The notes under the pieces were generated by a model. It had not been told where the DNA came from. It was given only the letters and a program-made list of their open reading frames with translations, and ran no database searches. A DNA stretch of 62,724 nt, the filler included, from Hausera hauseri (taxonomy: Eukaryota), in the NCBI GenBank assembly GCA_046269625.1. It is 11 parts of 11 records of this genome, joined end to end, with 100 filler letters (N's around TTAATTAATTAA, not from the genome) between each part and the next. Parts side by side here need not be neighbours in the genome. Positions count along the whole stretch, not along the records: positions 1 to 5,912 come from JBJURY010169751.1; positions 6,013 to 11,451 come from JBJURY010254736.1; positions 11,552 to 16,774 come from JBJURY010303944.1; 8 more parts are not named here. One strand, given 5' to 3'. The translations under genes and the position numbers were made by a program. Below, piece after piece: positions 1 through 13,749 of the stretch; within the stretch, counting starts at the first letter, position 1; each line of letters opens with the position of its first letter.

Positions 1-1606
1 TAAACAACAAAAAACTGGTATGGACCGAGCCTTGCAACGAAGCATTTGAAGCAATGAAGGTGGCATTGGCGTCACCATCAATACTAGGGTTCCCAGACTT
101 CAGCAAGGAATTTATTCTGGATACTGATGCTAGCTTTGATACGATTGGAGCAGTGTTATCACAGAAAGACAGCACCGGACATGAAAGAGTGATTGCATAC
201 GGATCACACGGAATAAATAATTACGAAAAGGGCTAGTGCATTACACGGAAGTAGTTGCAATCATTAATCATTACTTGTATGAGAGAAGGTTTACACTGAG
301 GACGGATCACAAGGCCATTACCTTCATGTTGAAAACAAAAAAGCCGTTAACGGCACAATTTCAAACCTAGATAAACTATTTATCAAGTCTAGACATAAGA
401 CTGGAATACAGGAAAGGAACGGATAACGCAAACAGCGACAAGTTATCCCGGACCAATTGCGGCACATGCATCCTATGCATGTTAGCTCACGAAGAGGCCA
501 AAACCCATAAGATCAAGACTCGGTGGATAAACGCAGTAGAATCGACAGAAGCATATACATATCAAAAAGACAGTAAAGAAATTGAAGAAATAAAAGAAGA
601 CACCTCAAAGAAAGAGCATTGGAAAATCATAGTAGAAAATGGCATAGTGAGGACAAGAACAGCCAAGATATGGATACCAAAGGATACGAGGGGAGAAATG
701 ATAATGCAAAGCCACGTCTTGCTATCCCATGCTGGAATAGAAAAAGTAAAAAAATACATAAACAATAACTACTATATGACAAACATAAAAGACACCGTCA
801 AGGAAGTGACTGGACTCTGTGAGGCATGTCGACGAAACAAGACCGTGACAACGGGTACGAAGGAAGAGACCTTGAGACTCACTGCGAGAAGATCTACATT
901 GACATGCACGGACCGTTAAAAGAAACCTGGAAGAAAAAAATGTATATATTGGCCATCATAGACCAGTTTAGCAGATATATATATATTACTATCGGCAATA
1001 GCAAAACAGGACGAAGTAACAATAAAAGATACCGTACCAAGAGATGCATTCTCAAATTCGGCGCACCGAAAGAGATGCACACAGATTCTGGAAAAGCATT
1101 TAAATCTAAGGTATTTAGAGACATGACGGAGTCAATGGGCATCAAAATATGCTATTCGAGCACGTATCATCACAACACCAATGGCATATTGGAAAGTCAG
1201 TTCCGGATAATTAGAGTATATAGGTGCGTCTCTCCACGATCGACTACGAACAGATTGGAAAGAGATACTACCAGAGATAGAATTCACACTGAATGCGACA
1301 GTTCAGAAAACAACAGGGAAGAGCCCAGCATAAATAATATTTGGAAGAAAAATACATAGAGAGAGATGGCATGGACAGAATAAAACAACAAAAGAAACTA
1401 CGAACAACCACTCAGAAAGGGTACCAGTAAGAAGAGTATTCCGGGTCGGAAAAAGTGTACTAATACAGAGAATCAGGAGCAAAGGATAAAGACAAATATG
1501 AAGAGCCATACGAAGTTATCGAGAGAAGACACGACAGACGATATGCACTGCAACACGCGGACGGCAGAATTCTGGAAAGAAATGTGGAGAAACTGCAAAT
1601 ATTCTT
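1..1606 (+). mobile_element. Ty3/Gypsy pol, decayed (RT connection/RNase H, integrase Zn-binding and core domains)
   Basis: FILDTDAS..IGAVLSQ..VIAYGS RNase H-like region; HVLLSHAG..CEAC integrase HHCC; YIDMHGP, IIDQFSRY, HTDSGKAF core. Several stops and frameshifts. Confidence 0.93.
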
Positions 1607-1618
1607 AAAGGAGGGGGA

Positions 1619-1847
1619 TGTGATGAGGAATTGAAACGGATATTAAGGTTTAAATTTGAATCAAAGTTAATTCAATAAAAAGCCAACAGAAAGTCCGGAA
1701 ATTCAGAAAAGAAGGAAAATAAGACTCGTTTAATGAGTGGAGATAAATGTTATATAAACTTTTATAGTAAATCTTTTATGGATAAATCAATCTTACAATC
1801 ATTAAGTGATGTTGAGGTCGAGAAGGTAGAAACGCGATCTACTCACA
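1619..1847 (+). repeat. Probable 3' LTR of the Gypsy element, preceded by a polypurine tract (1607-1618)
   Basis: AAAGGAGGGGGA is followed directly by TGTGA; the complementary terminus TCACA ends at 1847. The right end is inferred from this short match only. Confidence 0.65.
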
Positions 1848-2737
1848 GCTTCAATTGCGGAAAACCGACGTGACGAACTCATTTATAAGATATAAATAAC
1901 TTTCAATAAACGTGCAACACTAAAAATAATGTACAATGACAGTCAGTCAGTCAGTTTGTAATAATTATGCTTCTATGCTATTTAGATTCAGCAAAATTCA
2001 CTAGGCTTGTAAATATTAAACTTTACTAAACTGCTATCAAAATGACCACACAGTAGTTGTAGAATTATTGAATAATTTTTACTTGTTACATTGATACCTT
2101 GTATATCGTTAATACTGCAGATTAAACTTCAAAATGAATCATTTACATTCGGTAAAATTTGACTTTGAAATGTATTTCATTCGTGCACTAATCAACTTTA
2201 TCTTTTAAAATGCGGTCAGTTTGACCACACCGTAGTTTTCATGTTAATCGACATAAAATCTTGTACTTTCAGAACGTGTAAAACCCCGACTACCAGTAAT
2301 GTGTTGTTCATTGTAAGTGTGAAAAGTTTCACTGAAATCTGAGTTTTGCAGTTAGTTACAATGAAATATTTTTTATTTAAAAATTGAAAAGAATAATATT
2401 AAGTACATTTCTAACAAATTAATTGGTCGAGTTAATGCAACAGAAAACCGAAAGTCTTAAAACATTCGACACCGGAAAAATTCGAAGGAAATTACGTATT
2501 TTCAAAACAAACTGGAAAATATTATATTAGCAACATTTTTCAGAAAGAAACCGTTAGGAAATAATAAAATACGAGTTTTACGAATATCAGTTAACCCGAT
2601 TCAAAATATTAAAAAAATTCATGGAAAAATGAAAACTCCCAAGTTTTACCTAAGACTGAAGACAATTTATTAGAAAAAAAACGAAGAATTATCAAATAGT
2701 TAAAACCAAAAAAGCAAATTATTATCATCAATGGTAA

Positions 2738-3487
2738 CTAATTCAACTTCAAAATTTTCTTTACTTCTCCTCGAGTTACTGGATGAAAACCATTCTCCCG
2801 CTGTCTAAAATTGTCAATAGCCCGTTGTTTCAATTCCGGCCAATCATAAAGGAACCTGCAACGTATTCAATAATCCCAAAATATGACGTTGCATCTACCT
2901 GTAAATTGGCTTGTTATACATTAATCGACCATTACTGTTAAGAAACTCAAATATTTGTTCGAGAGCTGGTTCATACCGCGAACGTAAACACAGACAAGAC
3001 CATCCGTACAGAATTTCCGAATTTTTCGTTTCCCGTAAACCATACAATTGCCTCATCAAATCCAAACTGGACGCTGGCAAAGCCACTCTCCTTACATTTA
3101 TCAGAATTCGGTAAAAATAAAATCTTTGATCAGTGACCAATTTGTCGTATCTGTTCTTCAATTCCACTTTCATTTCATCATTAAACACTGTTTCGTTTAT
3201 CCATAAATCGGCCAATTCATTACACTGTACAACCATCGCATCATTCAAATATCTAATAACGACAAACTAATCGAAATACATGTCGCAATCACCACACCTG
3301 TCTGGATCAATATGGATGTTGGCCGTTCCAAAGAACCATAAGTCCCAATCAACTTCCGACAAAACGTTCGGTTTAATATTTTCCGTTTTCGTCATGTAAT
3401 CGATGAAAAAGTTTTTCCATTCAAATGTTGTCAAAGATTTAAGCCTGTACGTTTTGATATACGTTTTTAACCATCTTGACATCTGGT
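2738..3487 (-). CDS. LTA4H: Leukotriene A4 hydrolase / M1 aminopeptidase, C-terminal exons only; introns 2856-2898 (43 nt) and 3253-3297 (45 nt)
   Basis: KSLTTFEWKNFF, VDWDLWF, KNSEILYGW..C, GRLMYNKPIYR, FHPVT match the LTA4H C-terminal domain. Removing the GT-AG introns restores the frame. No GAMEN/HEXXH catalytic part is seen upstream. Confidence 0.85.
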
Positions 3488-5912
3488 CTGTGGAAAAGTA
3501 ATTTTAACAAACTGTTCCAAACAGTACTTCATTTATTAGCTCAAAATAACTAAAAAATTCAAAGTTGGTAACGAATAGTGGATTAAGCAGTCACATGGTA
3601 ACTTGACTTGGAGTGATTAGGAACTCGCGATTAAAGGATGCAGAATTGAAAAAGGAACATAAATTTTAGCTCCGTAGTAGAAGATAGAAGAGAGCTTTGG
3701 AAGACCTCCTATCGTAAAATAAACTACAAACCCCATACCAGTCAACATGTACTGATGAAATCAATCGATCTGTGTTAGTCAAAGACGCCACCTACTATCA
3801 ATCTTCAATTATACATGTTGTAGATCTGATTGTGTTGTAGATTTGATTACCTCCGAGGCAATAATTAAATATTCTCATTAAATTCTTTCTATTGTAAATC
3901 TGATTGCCTCAGAGGCACAGTTACTGTTATGGGAACTGCGGAAATGGTTGTTAATTGATAATCTCATTGTATATCAATTTTTAAGACAATTGCATGAGAC
4001 ACACTGTTCACATTTTTTTAATTAGTAATGTATATATATATACAAAGTAGAAATAGAGACATGAACAAAAAAATAAAGGAAGAATCATTGAGTTGTTTTA
4101 TTTATGAAAACGGGAGGATGTTATTTGAAATCTTAACCGGCGTTGATGGTCAATCGAGTTTGTAGAATTTCGACTTGTGGGGAATAGAAAGAGAAAAAAA
4201 AGGAAATAAGCAAATTACTTCCAAGTGGGTGGTAATTTTTTCTTAATTTTTCCTTATTATACTTTAATTGTCATATTTCCTTTTTTAGAGAGAAAGAAAG
4301 TAAAATAAGGCCCTAAATATTGTGTTTGAAAAAAAATCGTCTGCGTGTAGTTAGAAAATTGTGGACGATTTGTTAAATTGCCACAATTTTCTACTCGTGA
4401 TTGATAAACTCCTTGTTGATTTTGATAAAATCATACCTAGTTGTTTTTTTTGTGGGCTTACACTATCGTAATCACTTTAGTTTGTCTGATCTCAATCGGG
4501 CTCGGAGCACTTCAACCAGTTCGTTTGGATAGTAATAAACAACGATAGAAAAAGCAAGTGGATAAAAGCTTTGAGGAAGGTTTGTGTTAAAGTGGAAATT
4601 ACGTGACAAATAATACGAAAATCATAGTAGTTAAAAAAGAAAAAGGGGGAGAAATTAATTAGAGTCAAATCAAGTAAATCATAACAATTTAATCTGGGAG
4701 TGGGGAAGTGATAAAATAACGTATAAACAAACATACAATTAAATTTTATCGTGAGATCTTAGTCACATCAAGTTAGGTTCTCTTGTCAATTACTTCAGAC
4801 AAACGGCCTCGAAACACTAACTAAACACTCTCCGCAATTCCACATACCTTCTCTGGTTTCCGTATTGCAATCGTGTTGCCTTTTTATAAGTTTAATTTCT
4901 AATTTAGTTCATCGGTTACTAAATATGGAAAATACATTCTGATGAATTGACCCCGTTTCTCTTTGTAAATCTTTCTAATATGAAGTTTGGTTTATCATTG
5001 AAACGTTTGGTGCCCAGTATAAATGGATTTAAAACAACACAACGAATAAATGGGGATAAACAAAATTTAATAATAAATTTCCGCCTTCATGTTCTATAGT
5101 CCCATCCAAGTTCAAATGAAGCAGTAGCTACCAAGTCCTCAATGTCAAAATCCTATTCTCACTGATGCAATACATCCACCAGACAAAAGTCACTAGGATA
5201 ATCCAGTGTATAAGTATTTATAGGAATAGCCTATAAAGATAACAGTCCAGCCACAACTTTAGCGTATTGGAAATCTAGTGACAACATGACTTTGCCATAT
5301 AAGTAATAGCAGACAATAACTACTTTGCCGTATTTTCGATTTTATGTTCTACGTACAATTTCGAACGAACTTCTGTGCTGTATTGTTATGAATAAATTTC
5401 AAAAACATAATTTCCAATTCTGTTTATTCGCTGTGTTCGAAATTAAACCCGTGTTCTATTTTTAGTATATTTGACTTAGATTTTTGAATAGTAACGTCAG
5501 CATTTCTAATGCTTCCATTTAGTATCAACATTCATTAAGACAATACACAAACAAATTGAGCAATCACTTTAATGCTTGAAAAAATAAATTCCAATTGAGA
5601 AATAAATTCCAATTTCTAAATCCGTCTTTAGCGAAATGAATTACCAAAGAAAACAATTGAGACTGTAAAGTTTATTCAAACGTTTTTAATCAATTTTTTT
5701 TAAATCAGTTAATCATTTAACAATATTTACATAAAAGGTATTTGTATATATACAATGAATGTCTAACACGTCGACTGTCCAGTAGGCGAGGCTGATTTCG
5801 GAAAGGAGAATGTTGAAGAATTGTGAGATGACGTAATCATATATATATATATATATGTTGCAGCCCACACACTCCAAATTCAGATCACCCATTTGATTGT
5901 CCAATAGCGGGA

Positions 5913-6012
5913 NNNNNNNNNNNNNNNNNNNNNNNNNNNNNNNNNNNNNNNNNNNNTTAATTAATTAANNNNNNNNNNNNNNNNNNNNNNNNNNNNNNNN
6001 NNNNNNNNNNNN
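5913..6012. other. Artificial contig spacer
   Basis: 44N + TTAATTAATTAA (stop codons in all six frames) + 44N. Confidence 0.99.
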
Positions 6013-6169
6013 AGCATTCCTAACTTAATCTTGTGTTATTACTTTTAAGAAAGGAATGCTATACCTACATGGACCATTGGCCGCATGCTGATTTCACAGT
6101 GCTTGCTATTGCATTCTAAATGTGTATATAATAACTGTGATTACATGTTTATGATCTGCTTTTACTCAG

Positions 6170-6308
6170 GTGTTCTCCTCCTGCTTTGCTGGTGTGTACA
6201 ATGAATTTCTGCTGAAAGACACAGGTGTAGATGTTCACATTATGATGGCTAATGTTTTCATGTACCTGAACTCGATAATCTGTAATGTCCTGATACTGGC
6301 TTTTAGAG
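6170..6308 (+). pseudogene. Exon of an SLC35A-type nucleotide-sugar transporter (senju-like); neighbouring exons decayed
   Basis: AG/GT-bounded exon encoding VFSSCFAGVYNEFLLKDTGVDVHIMMANVFMYLNSIICN. Confidence 0.75.
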
Positions 6309-6554
6309 GTAAGGCACAGTCTTGCTTAGTGTAATGATAATGTTTGAATTTACATTACAGAGACATGACAAGTGATAGTTGTATAATTGTGGAAAATGCT
6401 TTCTTTCCATGCTTTTCTCATTTTCAATTAATTCAAAATATTTATGTATGAGAAATGAAAATTATTAAAGAAAATCTCAATTTGTCCACTATAAATATTT
6501 TATTTTTCATAAAACATTTATTTCGGATGCCAGTTCCGAAGGGCTTGTGACTTT

Positions 6555-6900
6555 CATCTTCTTCGTCATATCTACCGGGATACGGAGAAATCTTTATGCA
6601 GATCTGCGCTTTGATTTCTTTGAGAATTCTAGATTCGTCAGAGGTATTCAACGGTAGAATGAGGTTATTATATCGTTGAGTTTCGCGGAAATAATTCGTC
6701 CACGTATCGAGATTACCTTCGACATATCTCGGCAAATCTGGATAATTTAAACTCTGGAATATTCTGGCAACTAGCAACCAACAATTCATTTGGACACGTA
6801 AACGGACCAACTAAATTCTTTATAACTTCTTTATTTTCTAACCAAAGTTTATTGGATTTTGTTTCTTCTAGATATCGTTTGAACAAACTGATCAAATCTA
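6555..6900 (-). pseudogene. CSE1L: Exportin-2 (CSE1L) internal fragment with a deletion/frameshift
   Basis: SLFKRY..ETKSNKLWLE.K.V then, in another frame, RIFQSLNYPDLP..VEGNLDTW..IKAQIC..YDEE. Confidence 0.8.
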
Positions 6901-8936
6901 TTCTCCAATGATTGAAATTAACATATGCTCTATTTGATTAACAATGGTACGGACTTTCATAATTGTACAAACACATGTTTTATTTGATCGACTATGATTG
7001 ACATATTGAGAGTTGATTTATTCCTGGTTATTTTATCATAGTAATGTACTTAAATAAGATTTTTATAAATTTAAAAGTGATCTTAAGACAATTTTTGAAC
7101 TAATCGTAATGATTATCTACATATGGTAACATAAAAATTCAACTATAAATAGTTGATCGAAAAAGACCAAATTCAGAAATAAACTTTTAGTTTGTGATCG
7201 TTCTTACGTCTAATCTTTATGCACCTTAGTAAGTATATGTTGATTATGTATTTTTACGGTTATCATTTATTTTTGATATCATCATTAAATTTTCTTTTGT
7301 ATTCGTTATATTGATTTGACAATTGTAACTAAAACTAAGTAAATAAATAATTGTGGATTGTCATCCGTCCAGGTCGAACCTACCTGACGGAACCATCTAA
7401 GTAAATTTAGTGACAAGTATAACCTTAAGGCCAAGTAATAGACTCGAGCCCCACAGGCTACACTGTCCCCCACACATTACCTATAAGATAGTGCTAGGTA
7501 GATTGAACCTCCCATCTTCTCCGATTATCACATCGATCGTCCCTACCTTGTTCTCTTCGCTAATTTGGTTAAAAGAAATAAGTCTCTCCCAATACAAATC
7601 GGTGAAGATTGAACAAATGTTCCAAAATAAATTAACAAATGCCTTTAAATTTTAGTAAAATAATAATTAGAAGATATCGCAAATTGTGATATTATAACCA
7701 AATACATAAGTTATATTATAGAGTAGGTGGTTGCAAATGAAATAAATTACGCAACTAATTTAAGAAGCCACGAAATACAGCATCTGATTGGCACAATGAT
7801 TGCCTTTCCTTAGCTCTTCGGTTTCAAACATTTTTGAACTGGGGTAACATTTAAAATGATTTAAAATGATTTCGCGTAACGCAGTTTTTGGAAGGCTTAT
7901 GTAGATGATACATTATATCTTAGTAGTAATTTCAATACTTTTCTGCATATCATTACAAACTGGAGAGAGCTGCTATCGTATTTACTCGAAAGTCAGAATG
8001 CCGCAGTTTCTTCAAGCATTGCTGGAACAACGTGATGGATTGAAAGATCTAGGCTAAACGAAGGAGAATTAGTAAGAAACAATTAGTACAACTATCTCAT
8101 ACTATATGTGAATTGATGCATTGTTCAACAGAAGGCACAGTTTCTTTAATCGTGGTTTTTGGACAAGGTACTATACGTATTCTATCAACATTCAGTAGTA
8201 CTGAGAATTCATCCGGGTTTTTGAAGTCGTACCCCTAGCAGAATCCAGAATGATGAATGGCGCTAAATTTCAAGTATATGGATAGTTGTTTAGTGTACTC
8301 TTTGTACGTTTTCTGGTCATCGATCCATTTTCGCAATTCTTGTAACTTTTCTCTCGTGCCTGGTGAGATCTCTAGTGGTCGGCCTATTCTTTTTACGTCT
8401 CAAACACGTGTGCATTGACTTCTAAATTTGCGTATTCATAAGTTTCACTTAACTAGGAAATAATATCCTGTCTACTGATGCTGAGTAGACTTCAAAATTT
8501 TACAAAAGTTCGGAATTCGATATTGTCTTACAATACTTTGCATAAATTTTGATTACATTTATTTAAATTACTTATTTTTTCTTTGTAGGCTCTGTTTGCA
8601 GCATCACTAAACCATCCACGTCACGACATTCAATATTTGGATTATACATTACTATTGGACACTGACAATCAGAAACATCTTATACCAAAACTAAACATGG
8701 CGACTGATTCCAGGATTGACGTACATGATCTGGAGTCGGATTTAAATTATTTGATCAGTCATTTTGTCGAATGTGGATATTACGTCTTTACTTTACTCCT
8801 GAGATCTCTGGACTAATATGTTGTTTATTCTTGCTTGCGGAACGCTCAACTCTGTGTCCACATTCAAATAATCAAACTTCGAATTTCAATCAAATTGAAA
8901 ATGTTTTAGAAAGGCATTACGTTTATCTTTAATCTT

Positions 8937-10151
8937 TTGACCGGAAGTAGACTTGCACAGTTATTCGATGCTAAGTCCCCACCTTCAGTTTCAAAAGTTC
9001 CTTCACACGAATTCAACGATCAGCGACATATTACGGATGAGAGTAATTTACGAATTCTCGATATGGTGATGTATCGCCAACTAAATCCAACATTAGCTCA
9101 ACGACATGGTCCAGTGATTTCAAACGAAATTTCAATTCTTCAAGCTGAATTACTTACGGAACTTGCATCTATTTTACCCATGTATCCGAAACAAATGGAT
9201 TCAAAAATATTGGACTCACCAGCTACCACCAATAATAAGAAGAAATCGCTTCCGAGAAAGTCGGTGGTGTCTAAATTGCAATCAGAGGATTATCAGTTAT
9301 CGGTATTGGAACAAGTGACCACTAATTTGGACTTTGCCAACCAAACGGACCTAACCTCCGCACAACTGAAATGCATCATGAATTTGGTTTCTTCGAGAAT
9401 GCTCTGGCCATTGACAGAAGACATTTTGTCGAATATTCAGAAATATGTTCCGAATGTCTGGATAAAACATGCAGAAGAGGTTAACAGCATCGTGCATGCC
9501 TTGTCGGTACAGTCTCAAAATACTCGATTACAGCACTGCAATCGTTCGGCTGCAAGATTGGCCATATTGGCGTTTAATATTTCGAATGAAGTAAATCAAC
9601 AGAATATTGCTGTAAACAATTCATCCAGTCGATTTTTGAGAAAACTCAATATATTTTTACACTTGAAATGCGAAAAGGAAATTATAAATGCATTGTTGAC
9701 AGAAATATCTGTGGGAAATATCATTAATCCCGGTAGTACAGCAATTCCCGATGTTCCAGAGGTGAAAGAGATAATTATTTCGTCTATATCGGATTGGGAA
9801 GAAAATGGATTAAAATTAAATAAGGCCTGGTTTGTAGCGGCCCTCGCAAAATATGTTTCGACTTCTTGTTACGAAGGTGAAAAATACATGGCCTTATTAA
9901 AAGAAGGCATAAGCATCTTAAAAACGGGTATCGAACTTTCGGACGATGAGCTTCAACTTCTTATTGTGGAACGACTTAGTTTGCTTAATGCAAAGCTTTC
10001 AATTCATTCAGATTGTAATGAACCATTGATAACTGAGATGGAGAAGAGCTCGATTTTACTGCAACACTCAGTGACCGTATTTACAGAAAATATATACCCA
10101 TTATCCGCCCTGTGGATTAGGAATAACGATTCTTTCAGTTATAGACGTTGA
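8937..10151 (+). CDS. 404-aa open frame, unknown eukaryotic protein (probably a large internal exon)
   Basis: Long stop-free frame in AT-rich DNA with no ATG start; no motif recognised. Confidence 0.55.
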   Translation: MTGSRLAQLFDAKSPPSVSKVPSHEFNDQRHITDESNLRILDMVMYRQLNPTLAQRHGPVISNEISILQAELLTELASILPMYPKQMDSKILDSPATTNNKKKSLPRKSVVSKLQSEDYQLSVLEQVTTNLDFANQTDLTSAQLKCIMNLVSSRMLWPLTEDILSNIQKYVPNVWIKHAEEVNSIVHALSVQSQNTRLQHCNRSAARLAILAFNISNEVNQQNIAVNNSSSRFLRKLNIFLHLKCEKEIINALLTEISVGNIINPGSTAIPDVPEVKEIIISSISDWEENGLKLNKAWFVAALAKYVSTSCYEGEKYMALLKEGISILKTGIELSDDELQLLIVERLSLLNAKLSIHSDCNEPLITEMEKSSILLQHSVTVFTENIYPLSALWIRNNDSFSYRR

Positions 10152-10518
10152 CAAATCTATTCTGTGCGTTCTACATTCTGGTCTGGTTATATGCAGGAGT
10201 TTTGGCCTTCGCGAACCGAGAATCGAAATCGAAATTTCACTAGCTATTGTACATCTTCAGAGATTCCTTACTCTGAAAAAATTCGTTACACCGACAGTTA
10301 TGATATCTAGCCTGATTGAAGTTTTGAAGTTAGCTACAACGTCTGCAAATCACTTCGGAATCATAAAACAAAAATATTTCGATCTAGCCATATCATTAAT
10401 TATATGTAGTAACATGATTTCAGAATCATCCAATGCACGTGGTGAAATTATGTCATATGCTATATTACGCACGTCTTCCAAACAAACGATTACAATTAAA
10501 AAAGGAACCGATCAAACT

Positions 10519-10745
10519 ATACATAACAATATTCTGACTAAGTTGTGTAATTTAATAATGTGTGAACCGCTTTTCAATAAATTACGTGCCGAAGAACAAT
10601 TGAAATGCGGTCATCGAAAATATCGCCAGTCCTTGAAAAGACCCGGTGAACTTAATGAACGAGTGGTACATTTGCTGGTGACGTTTTATGACGAATTGAT
10701 ACAAATGGCCGACGATGAATTCCAGAGTTACAAAACTGCACCGAG
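10519..10745 (+). pseudogene. IDE: Insulin-degrading enzyme (M16 peptidase) C-terminal fragment
   Basis: IMCEPLFNKLRAEEQL..QS.KRP..LNERV..F..ELIQM.DDEF resembles IDE IISEPCFNTLRTKEQL..QSEKPP..LESRV..MTEEAF; GYIV segment deleted. Confidence 0.7.
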
Positions 10746-11451
10746 AACGTTTTGTACCAAAATAAAAGTATCATGCCAATCCATAATTTTATTGCTACCC
10801 GTGGGTGCCTTCAGTGACAACGTAAGGACATCCTGCCTTGGATCAACAAAAAGGTCGGTGAATTTGCTATATTTCTGTTTCGTTATAATTTGTAAAATAA
10901 TACCAACCAAGGTAGTTCAATCATCGCACTCAATATCTCTTAGTGTATTTATTCACTTAAGTCTTACAAATTTGTCTGTCTACCCAATAAACTAAGTAAT
11001 GATAGACACCATTTGATAACTCCTTTCCTATTTTGTGAATGTGTGAGAAGCATTAAAGAACCCCTTACGCATGCTTCTGAAGGTATAACATACAATGCTA
11101 TTGAGAAACTACAAAACATGTCCTAATTTATTCATTACATCACTTTCTGATGCTTATTTGAATTATCTTAATGCCAGTGATAAACAGCCTGGTACTACAT
11201 CGTTAGTTGACGACATTCCAGTTGATTCAATGCGGGACAAATTGTTAGAAAGACATTTATCAAAATTACGGGAAACCAATGTCACATCTACCGAGCTGGA
11301 GTCGCAGGGCGTCTATTCTAGTGTTTGCCACCCCGGTTGGGCAAATCGACCGTCACATCGTAGGGATTTTTGGTGCGCCCACGTCGTATGCACCACACTG
11401 CACACCCGACTTGTTTGACAATTTCGTCCCACTTGTCTTGTTATTCGAAAA

Positions 11452-11551
11452 NNNNNNNNNNNNNNNNNNNNNNNNNNNNNNNNNNNNNNNNNNNNTTAAT
11501 TAATTAANNNNNNNNNNNNNNNNNNNNNNNNNNNNNNNNNNNNNNNNNNNN
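11452..11551. other. Artificial contig spacer
   Basis: N-TTAATTAATTAA-N. Confidence 0.99.
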
Positions 11552-13745
11552 TGGATGCCTACCCTCTACCATTAATCAACGATATCCTTCACAGGCTCCA
11601 TGGTTCAACCATTTTTTCCTGCATTGATTTGCACAAAGCATACTATTAAATTCTGGTGGCCCCAGCAGACATTCCGAAAACGACTGTTATTACATCTTTC
11701 GGCCTCTTCGATTACTTTTTCATGTCTTTTGGACTTCGTAGCGCTTCCCAGACCTTCCAAAGGCATATTGATACAGTCCTATCAGATTTAAGCTTTGCCT
11801 ATCCCTATATTGATGATATCCTAATTGCATCATCTTTCTCGAAGCAGCACTCCAAACATTTACGTTTAATCTTCCAGCGTTTGCACCAAAACAATTTGCA
11901 AATTAATTTCGCCAAATGCTCCTTTTTTCAACATAAGGTCAACTTCCTAGGACACATTATTAGCTCCTCCATACATTTACGTCAACCAGAGCGCATCACA
12001 CAGTTCAAAAACATACAACTACCACGTACATTAACAGAGATGCGTTTTTTCCTCGGAACCTTGCATTTTATTAATAAGTATGTTCCACACAGTTCCACTT
12101 TAACCGTTCCATTTGCATCACTAAGCTCTGACAAGAAGAAACAGCCTATTCAATGGACCGCCAATTTAGTCAATGCTTTTGATCGTCTCAAAGAAAATTT
12201 AAAAACGGTTGAAATCCTGGCCTATCCAGACTCCCATACAGAACTCTTCTTAACCACGGATGCATCTACAACCGCTGCAGGTGCTGTCCTTCATCAAGTC
12301 AAAAATCGATACCATGTGCCATTAGAATTCTTTTCTCAAAAATTCACGGCACAAAAGCAAAGATATTCCATCTTTGACGGAGAGTTGCTTGCAATGGTCC
12401 TTGCCGTAAAACACTTTAAGCATTTGCTAACCGCACGAACCTTCACAATACAAAGGGACCACAAGCCCTTGCTTTAAATTCTCACTATTAAATCGCCTTC
12501 TCCACGTCAGGAGAGGCAAATATCGTATTTGTCCACATTTAATTTTGAAATTGAACACCTAAACGGAGTCGACAATTTAGTAGTTGACTTTTTGTCCCGA
12601 TCGGTCAGCTCAATTGATTTTACACCAATTTTCCCTTAGTCCAAACTTCAACAAAACCAGCCACCTCCTGACATCCTTAAATCTCTTAAATCGTGCAAAA
12701 CCATCGACGGTGTGGCCTTTGACACCTTTAAACCTAATAATCCTAAAGTCATCCTTTCTGAATCGCTTCAAAAAGAAACATTCAACAACATCCATTCGTT
12801 GCATCATTCCGGTGCCAAGGCCACTTTTCGACTCTTACAAAGCCAAGTAGTATGGTCATCGATGCGCTCTGACGTGCAGGCATGGGTTAGGCAGTGTGTG
12901 GCATGCCAAAAATACAAAGTTACTTATTACCTAAAGCCACCACTATATCATTTTCCCTGCACGTCTCGTTTTGAATCTGTTCAAATTGATCTTGTAGGCC
13001 AATTACCCTTATACAACGGCCATCAGTTCATCCTCACAATGGTGGACCGTTCCTCGCGGTAGCCAGTGACTGTCCCGCTTCGGAGCACCAACACAGAAAC
13101 AATCGCAGACGTTTTCATCCGCACTTGGATCAGAAAGTTTGGATCGCCTCGCCATATCATTTCGGACCCAGGTCCACAATTCGAATCCAACCTGCTTAAA
13201 GCTCTTGTCAATCGATTGGGAATTAACCACATTCACACGTTACCACATCATCCCCAATCGAATGGCCTTTTCGAACGCTTTCACCGAACGATGAAAACGT
13301 CTCTCAAAATCCTCGCTGAGTCCAATCTCAGTTGGACTACACTCCTTCAGTACTTTCTGCTTGGCTGACGGAATACACCATCAACTTCTACAGGCTGTTC
13401 ACCTGCAGAAGCATTATTTGGCACTTACATCAGATCATTATTCGAGATGACTGTGCTGGACAATACTCGTACAGACGAAACCATACAAGCGGCACAGTGA
13501 CACTTTGTTGAGATAAGCAATGACTCATTTTGCAGACTGTTACACGCAAATAAACCCTACATACCCGACGATTTATATACTGCTAAGTTCGTTTGTTTAA
13601 AGAATCAGACGCCGTGTGGCTTTCAACCTCAGTATGTCGGCCATTACAAAGTAATTCGCTTACACTCCCACAACATCATCATTCTCAAAGACGACAAAGA
13701 AGTAGCAGTTCACATCAACAACGCTAAACCGGCTTTCTTCATTGA
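11552..13745 (+). mobile_element. Ty3/Gypsy pol (RT, RNase H, integrase), decayed
   Basis: MSFGLRSASQTFQR, YIDD, LTTDAS, HSLHHSG..CVAC, IDLVG, ISDPGPQF, HPQSNGLFER; in-frame stops. Confidence 0.95.
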
Positions 13746-13749
13746 CGAC

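Noticed and set aside
4352-4393. 13-bp inverted repeat TAGAAAATTGTGG/CCACAATTTTCTA
   Set aside because: Single isolated AT-rich hairpin with no second copy or context
5913-6012. Recurring TTAATTAATTAA as a biological repeat
   Set aside because: Always centred in a fixed 100-nt N block; it is a six-frame-stop linker
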